Source: Lingula anatina
Lineage: Eukaryota; Animalia; Brachiopoda
Length of the DNA stretch: 64,000 nt
Assembly: GCA_051362555.1 (NCBI GenBank)
Contig: CM120645.1
Span: forward strand, 8,122,001 to 8,186,000
Direction: 5' to 3'
A program made the translations under genes and the position numbers. The notes under the pieces are model-generated. The model searched no databases. It was not told the origin of the DNA and worked only from the letters and a program-made list of their open reading frames with translations. Shown here one piece after another: positions 48,000 through 64,000 of this stretch (positions are counted from its first letter, which is position 1; each line of letters starts with the position of its first letter).

Positions 48000-50900
48000 C
48001 AGAATTACTGCAAAATAGGCACTAAGTCAGCCCCCCCCCTCCCTACCAAGGGAAAAAAAAAACAATTCTGTCACAGGTTTTAAACCTCTATGACTATTTA
48101 CACACCACAATATCCAAAATGTATTTTTTCACTGACCAAATATAAAGCTTTTTTCCTCACCGTATTCCATGTATTTTATTTAATTCACTTCTCACATGAC
48201 TGTGGTAAGATGAATTTCCCTTCCTCCAAAGATCTTTGACCACCACAGTATGGTTGTACCCTGCAAGTTTTAGGTACAGTAAAGCTGCCTTCGTTTCACC
48301 TGTAAAGAAAGATAAACATACACTGTTAGCATGGAAAAACTAATGTATAACTGAAAGAGTGTAGTGTACATGTGTAAATTTACTGAGTTAATACTGAGGG
48401 CACCTTTTCCTGAAGGCATAATTGTACAGCAAAATACTGACTTCACAAAAAAAATATAAAAAAATAAAAAATTATTAATAAATAAATAAAAAAGTAAATA
48501 AATAACTTGAAAAAAATCCAATCAGGTTGGCTTTTTTAAAGGTACATACGAACCGAGCATCGCTGGAGCGTGGATTCCCAGTAACACATGTAAACCACTT
48601 CTACTAGATTCTTATGCGACTCAAATAAATTTGACATGCCAAGGGATAAACTGAATAGATCACTCGATCAGCCATGAAAGACCTTTAGACTGCTCCTTTC
48701 TTTAAATTTTTGGTTGTAAATTTAACCTACTTTCGTGACCTATTTTCCTGCCCCATTGACATACAGCTTAGAATGCCAGCAGAAAAATCAGTTCAAACAT
48801 CATTTTCAGGTAAAATTAAACAATGCCTTTTGGTAATTCTCTTAGTTATACTACTTGAAACTATATGCTGGCATCTGGTTGGTTTTTGTGACAAAAATTG
48901 CCTTTGTATGCATCTTTAAGTAAAACTGTCCTTTAATCAAGTGAATCCAGTAAGGGCTAAGAATTATGATTTTCACCGTTTTCTCTCTATTGCATGACAA
49001 GGACTGTGCAATTTTTTTTTCAATTTCGATATAAGATCAGTGTTTACCGTGCATTCATAGGAGCAGCGTGAACGCTACGCTTAAATTCTCAGGTGCCCTG
49101 GTTTTAAGAAACAACACCTCAAAGGGCTAAATTGCAAAGTTCTTTTTTCTATCAAGCTACAACAAGAACACATTGCCTACCAATACAATAGTCACCTTAT
49201 TTAAACTTACCATTTAAGTCTGGCTTGTTAAAACAGACATGATAATGACGCAGAAGCCACACTGCTACCCTGCTCCATCCTTCTGGCAAGGCAGACATGT
49301 TTTCCATTTTAAGTAATCCAGTTTGGTCAAAGGCTCTGGGCACCTGCTTCACGTCTACAGGTTCATTAAATTCATTCAAACAAAATTCCACAACTGGATA
49401 AGAAATGGCAAGAACTGGCATGATTCTTGCCGTGTGGGGACCACCAAGAATCATCCGTACAGCTGCTAAGAGCCCCTGAAATCCCAGTTTTTGGCAAATT
49501 TCATTCAAGCAATCTGCCTGGTCTTGAATACTATGGAGTTTGTAGAGGGTTGGTGGAATTTGCTTGACATATTTGTCAATTTTGGCTACTTCTAACCTTC
49601 CACACAACTTCACGAGATGTCTCATCCTATCCACATGTCCCTTGCCTTCATTCACACTATCTATTTCCTTCATTAGATTAGAGCCCAAACAACAATCTAG
49701 TATTCCACTGAAGTCTTCCTGATAGCCATGGCCCATCAAATGACAAGCAATGCTTATTAATTGGAAAGAGGCGGCATTTTCCCCCCGATTTTGTATTAAA
49801 TCACTAATTTTTGTTAAAAAAGCAATGCTTGGCTTGCAATCCATTTGTAGGTGAGCATCAACTAAGTACCGAACCTCACCAATATCATGTGAATTAGCCA
49901 TGAAGTTCTCAACAACTTTCAAAAGCATTTCATGATCAGAATAGCACATTTTTTTACTAGCAAAGGAGCTCAAGATAGCCACCTGCTGCTTTAATGGCAA
50001 AAGAGAAGCATGCTTCTTGAATAATTCAGCAAGTTCTGTAACATACTGCATGTAATGTTCTTTCAACTTCTGAAAGCTGATCAACTTCAAAATCCATTGA
50101 ACTGACTCTAAAGCCTTTATCTTCTCCTCTTCAGGTTCATCACTAAGCAATGACTTTTGAAGAATCTTCAAAATCTTCCTTGAAATGTCCTTGGACACCA
50201 AATGCTGAACTTTAAAACAGAGTTGGACATATGCAAAAATGAAATTGGGTTTTAATTGTACGGCAATGTTTTCATTATAAAAATACCACAATTCAAGCTT
50301 TGGCAAACACAATGTAACATCTTTAACATCCACCCATTTTCCACCTTGTTCATGGGAAACACGAACTGCAACTTCAAAAAGTCTAAGAAATATTCCATCA
50401 TCAGGTTCCTCCATTAACTCACTCACGATGTTCTTCAAGAAATAACGGATTTCTTCTTCAAAGTACTTCTGCTTATGTATTGCAGACAGGTATATGCACC
50501 AGAAAGAGAAATGAGTCTTAGAATATAAATCCCATTGTGGCCATAACTGAGACGAGCATTTCTCCACTTCCGCATAAAAGTGGAGGACTTCTGAAGTTGG
50601 ACGAATTATGCCACCAAATAACAACAATCTGCTTAATGTCTTTGGGTTACTTTCCTTCATCAAACCCTTGTTGAGGATGGTTTGCAGGGCTGATGATAAC
50701 CTTTCATCTTGCAATAAATGACCATTTAGGTGGGACGTAGGTGGTTCCTTCAAAAGACAGCAGACAGCCCACATATACCGTAGCACTCCGTCAAGGCTAT
50801 CTGCACTACCTTCATTCTCGTAATCACGAATAATCTCTGCTACACTCCGTCCTTCGAGGTCCCACTGATTTTTTTCAAAACTGCGTTGAAGTGTTCTGAT

Positions 50901-51122
50901 GAAGTGAAGGTCAGCTTGTGTTATTTTTGTGCTGTATGGTCGCTTAGTTCTTACGATATTTCTCTCCAACGACCAACCCCTACACATCTTCTGGGGGTTT
51001 TGGAGTTGCGCGACGGCACATGCACAGCATCGTGAAGGTTCAGCAAAACGCTTCGCTGTATTGCCAACATAGTTGTGTCTACTGCCTATACGGTAGAGAT
51101 ATCTCAGTGCCGAATAAAACAT
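45363..51122 (-). CDS. FAST kinase domain-containing (FASTKD1-like) mitochondrial RNA-processing protein with C-terminal RAP domain, ~685-690 aa
   Basis: Large exon 51122-49211 (Arg-rich presequence, Leu-rich helical repeats) splices via G|GTAAGT to exon 48299-48161, giving LPEGWSRVAVWLLRHYHVCFNKPDLNGETKAALLYLKLAGYNHTVVVKDLW, a RAP-domain pattern like FASTKD1. The end is uncertain: either TGA at 48157 (unspliced) or a short last exon 45378-45363. Confidence 0.72.
45518..47679 (-). mobile_element. Second Helentron-type non-autonomous element with internal nested duplications
   Basis: SubTIR ATGTACAGAC at 45541 and inverted GTCTGTACAT at 47665. 5' stem TGTACAGACACATCTGTCTGTACA beside a CGTC/CGGC-rich tract; 3' hairpin GCAGCAAAGCTGT next to AAACAAG. 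Internal ~560-bp duplication (~46305-46740 vs ~46858-47315) and ~175-bp sub-repeats. Confidence 0.7.
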
Positions 51123-51204
51123 GATTCATAGTCCAGTTTCCCCGCACTGGACATGTCCACGAGGTCAGTCCCTGTTATGTGAATCGAGGATACAAGTCCC
51201 CGTG

Positions 51205-51262
51205 TTGGGCGGAAATGTACATGCGCATGCGTCACAAGAAGCAAGCTGACTGATGACGTCAA
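51205..51262. promoter_or_regulatory. NRF1 + ETS + CRE motif cluster upstream of the FASTKD-like gene
   Basis: GGCGGAAATG (~51208), TGCGCATGCG (~51222) and TGACGTCA (~51254) lie within ~140 bp of the ATG; these motifs are typical of nuclear-encoded mitochondrial genes. Confidence 0.6.
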
Positions 51263-51404
51263 CAAAGTGGGCAGCTGCTCTAGCTCCTGACTACTTCGAT
51301 CAGTAACACCTCACTGACCTCATATCAAGCACGCTGGATCCGCAAGATGTTGCCTGGAATGAATTGGCATTATCAGCACCCTGACAGAGAGTTATAACAT
51401 CTGC

Positions 51405-51442
<38 letters not shown>
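51405..51442. repeat. (AAT)n microsatellite
   Basis: Seen directly. Confidence 0.9.
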
Positions 51443-51443
<1 letters not shown>

Positions 51444-52558
51444 TCTTCTTATAGATTTTTAATAATTTATGTTTTTTAAGGTTTTAACAGTTCCACTAAG
51501 GCTGAAATTTGTATATAATAATAATAATAAATTGCCTGCGACAATTTTATCAAAATTCTGCTTCTTAACCTATCACTATACAATAGTAGCTGAATAGTCG
51601 TTTGTACGAATGATAATTAAGGGATGATGAATAATTTAATAAGCAGTATGACCTTTAAGTGGGAATTATATATGTTTTCTATGATTCTATCAGTTAAACA
51701 TATATTAGGTGTGTATTTTGCTAGAGCTTCTGGCAAGAAATACTGAAAATTTCACAGTAAGGGCAACTCCAGCTAGCACTCGATCGTCTTTATTGGTTTG
51801 CAAATCATAAAATGAAGACAAGAATATGTGTGTGCTTAATGGGATAACTGGTTCCTTTCTATTCCTAGAGATTGCTTAGGGTCATTTTATGGACAAAATA
51901 AAGGAGATGAGCATATTTTTGTCAGAAAGAGAAAGGTATAAAATTGAGATTAGGCCAGGCAAAATTGAAAAGTTGCTCAACAAGCAACACTCTAAGTAAA
52001 CAGGATGTGGTGATTATATTTATTTTTGTTTTCTATCAGTTAAAATTTGGATCTGTAAACTTTTTTTATTTTCCCCTTTTTTTTCGATCTAATTTTTTCT
52101 CTCTTTCTTATGTTTTCCTTTTTACCTTTTTTTGTAGGAGTAAGAATGGTCAAATTCAGAATGTGGGCAATTTTTAGCATGAAAGTGTTTCCTGGGGTCA
52201 GTACTTGGAGATAATAAGAGTTCCTTTTTATGTCCAAGGTCAGTAGTAAAAAATTATCAGTACCAAGGGTACCCCTTCTGTGTGAAAAAAATAGTGATGT
52301 ACAGTATAAGAACTTGGACCTAAATAGAGAAGGTCTCTATTTACTAGTAGGTCCAAGATAAGAATGATCAAAAATAAGCGTGGTACTTAAATGTTTTAAT
52401 TCTAGGCCATGCTTTTCGGAAAGAAAAAAATATCAAAAATTAAAACATATATCACCCATAAATATACAATTCTGTCATTCCAAAAGTGAAATGAATGGCA
52501 TATTATATTAACGCAGTCCTAACGAGTTTTCCTCATCCGAGTGTTTACAAACAGCACA

Positions 52559-52598
52559 TCACATGACATTCATGTGACTCCTGAGTCATGTGCGCATG
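52559..52598. promoter_or_regulatory. Triple M-box / CLEAR-type E-box directly upstream of the CI-MPR ATG
   Basis: TCACATGAC (52559), TCATGTGAC (52570) and GTCATGTG (52585), overlapping TGAGTCA (AP-1) and TGCGCATG (NRF1-like). Confidence 0.6.
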
Positions 52599-52626
52599 AG
52601 CGAAATGGTAAAAGGTACCGAAGACG

Positions 52627-63975
<11,349 letters not shown>

Positions 63976-64000
63976 GTAAGACTGCAGAGGATTGTGTATG

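Noticed and set aside
48545-48625. tRNA-like A/B boxes on the minus strand
   Set aside because: No cloverleaf can be folded; at most a decayed SINE head.

Overview
AT-rich, intron-containing animal genomic DNA, most consistent with a marine invertebrate (lophotrochozoan-like repeats; the species cannot be determined from sequence alone). Seven protein-coding genes can be built by hand with GT-AG introns and consistent phases: a single-exon GT10 alpha-1,3-fucosyltransferase (+), two tandem CLN8 paralogs (-), UPRT (-, 7 exons) head-to-head with ABCB7 (+, 14 exons), a FASTKD1-like RAP-domain gene (-), and the first 16 exons of a cation-independent mannose-6-phosphate receptor (IGF2R/MPR300, +, cut by the window end). 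Non-coding DNA holds a 1.65-kb foldback element, two Helentron-type non-autonomous elements (one with a 12 x 146-bp array), PIF/Harbinger-like and hAT-like MITEs, a LINE 3' fragment and micro/minisatellites. I found no CRISPR array, rRNA or tRNA, and no complete new biological system can be proven from this sequence. The best leads are: (1) tandem repeats that repeatedly copy splice junctions, including five in-frame donors at the ABCB7 Q-loop; (2) CLN8 and CI-MPR in one locus with CLEAR/M-box motif clusters, and CLN8 paralogs that differ in KKxx signal and promoter; (3) the UPRT-ABCB7 divergent pair, also seen in human; (4) a transposon-borne array of perfect DR1 nuclear-receptor sites. All coordinates were read manually and may be off by a few bases.
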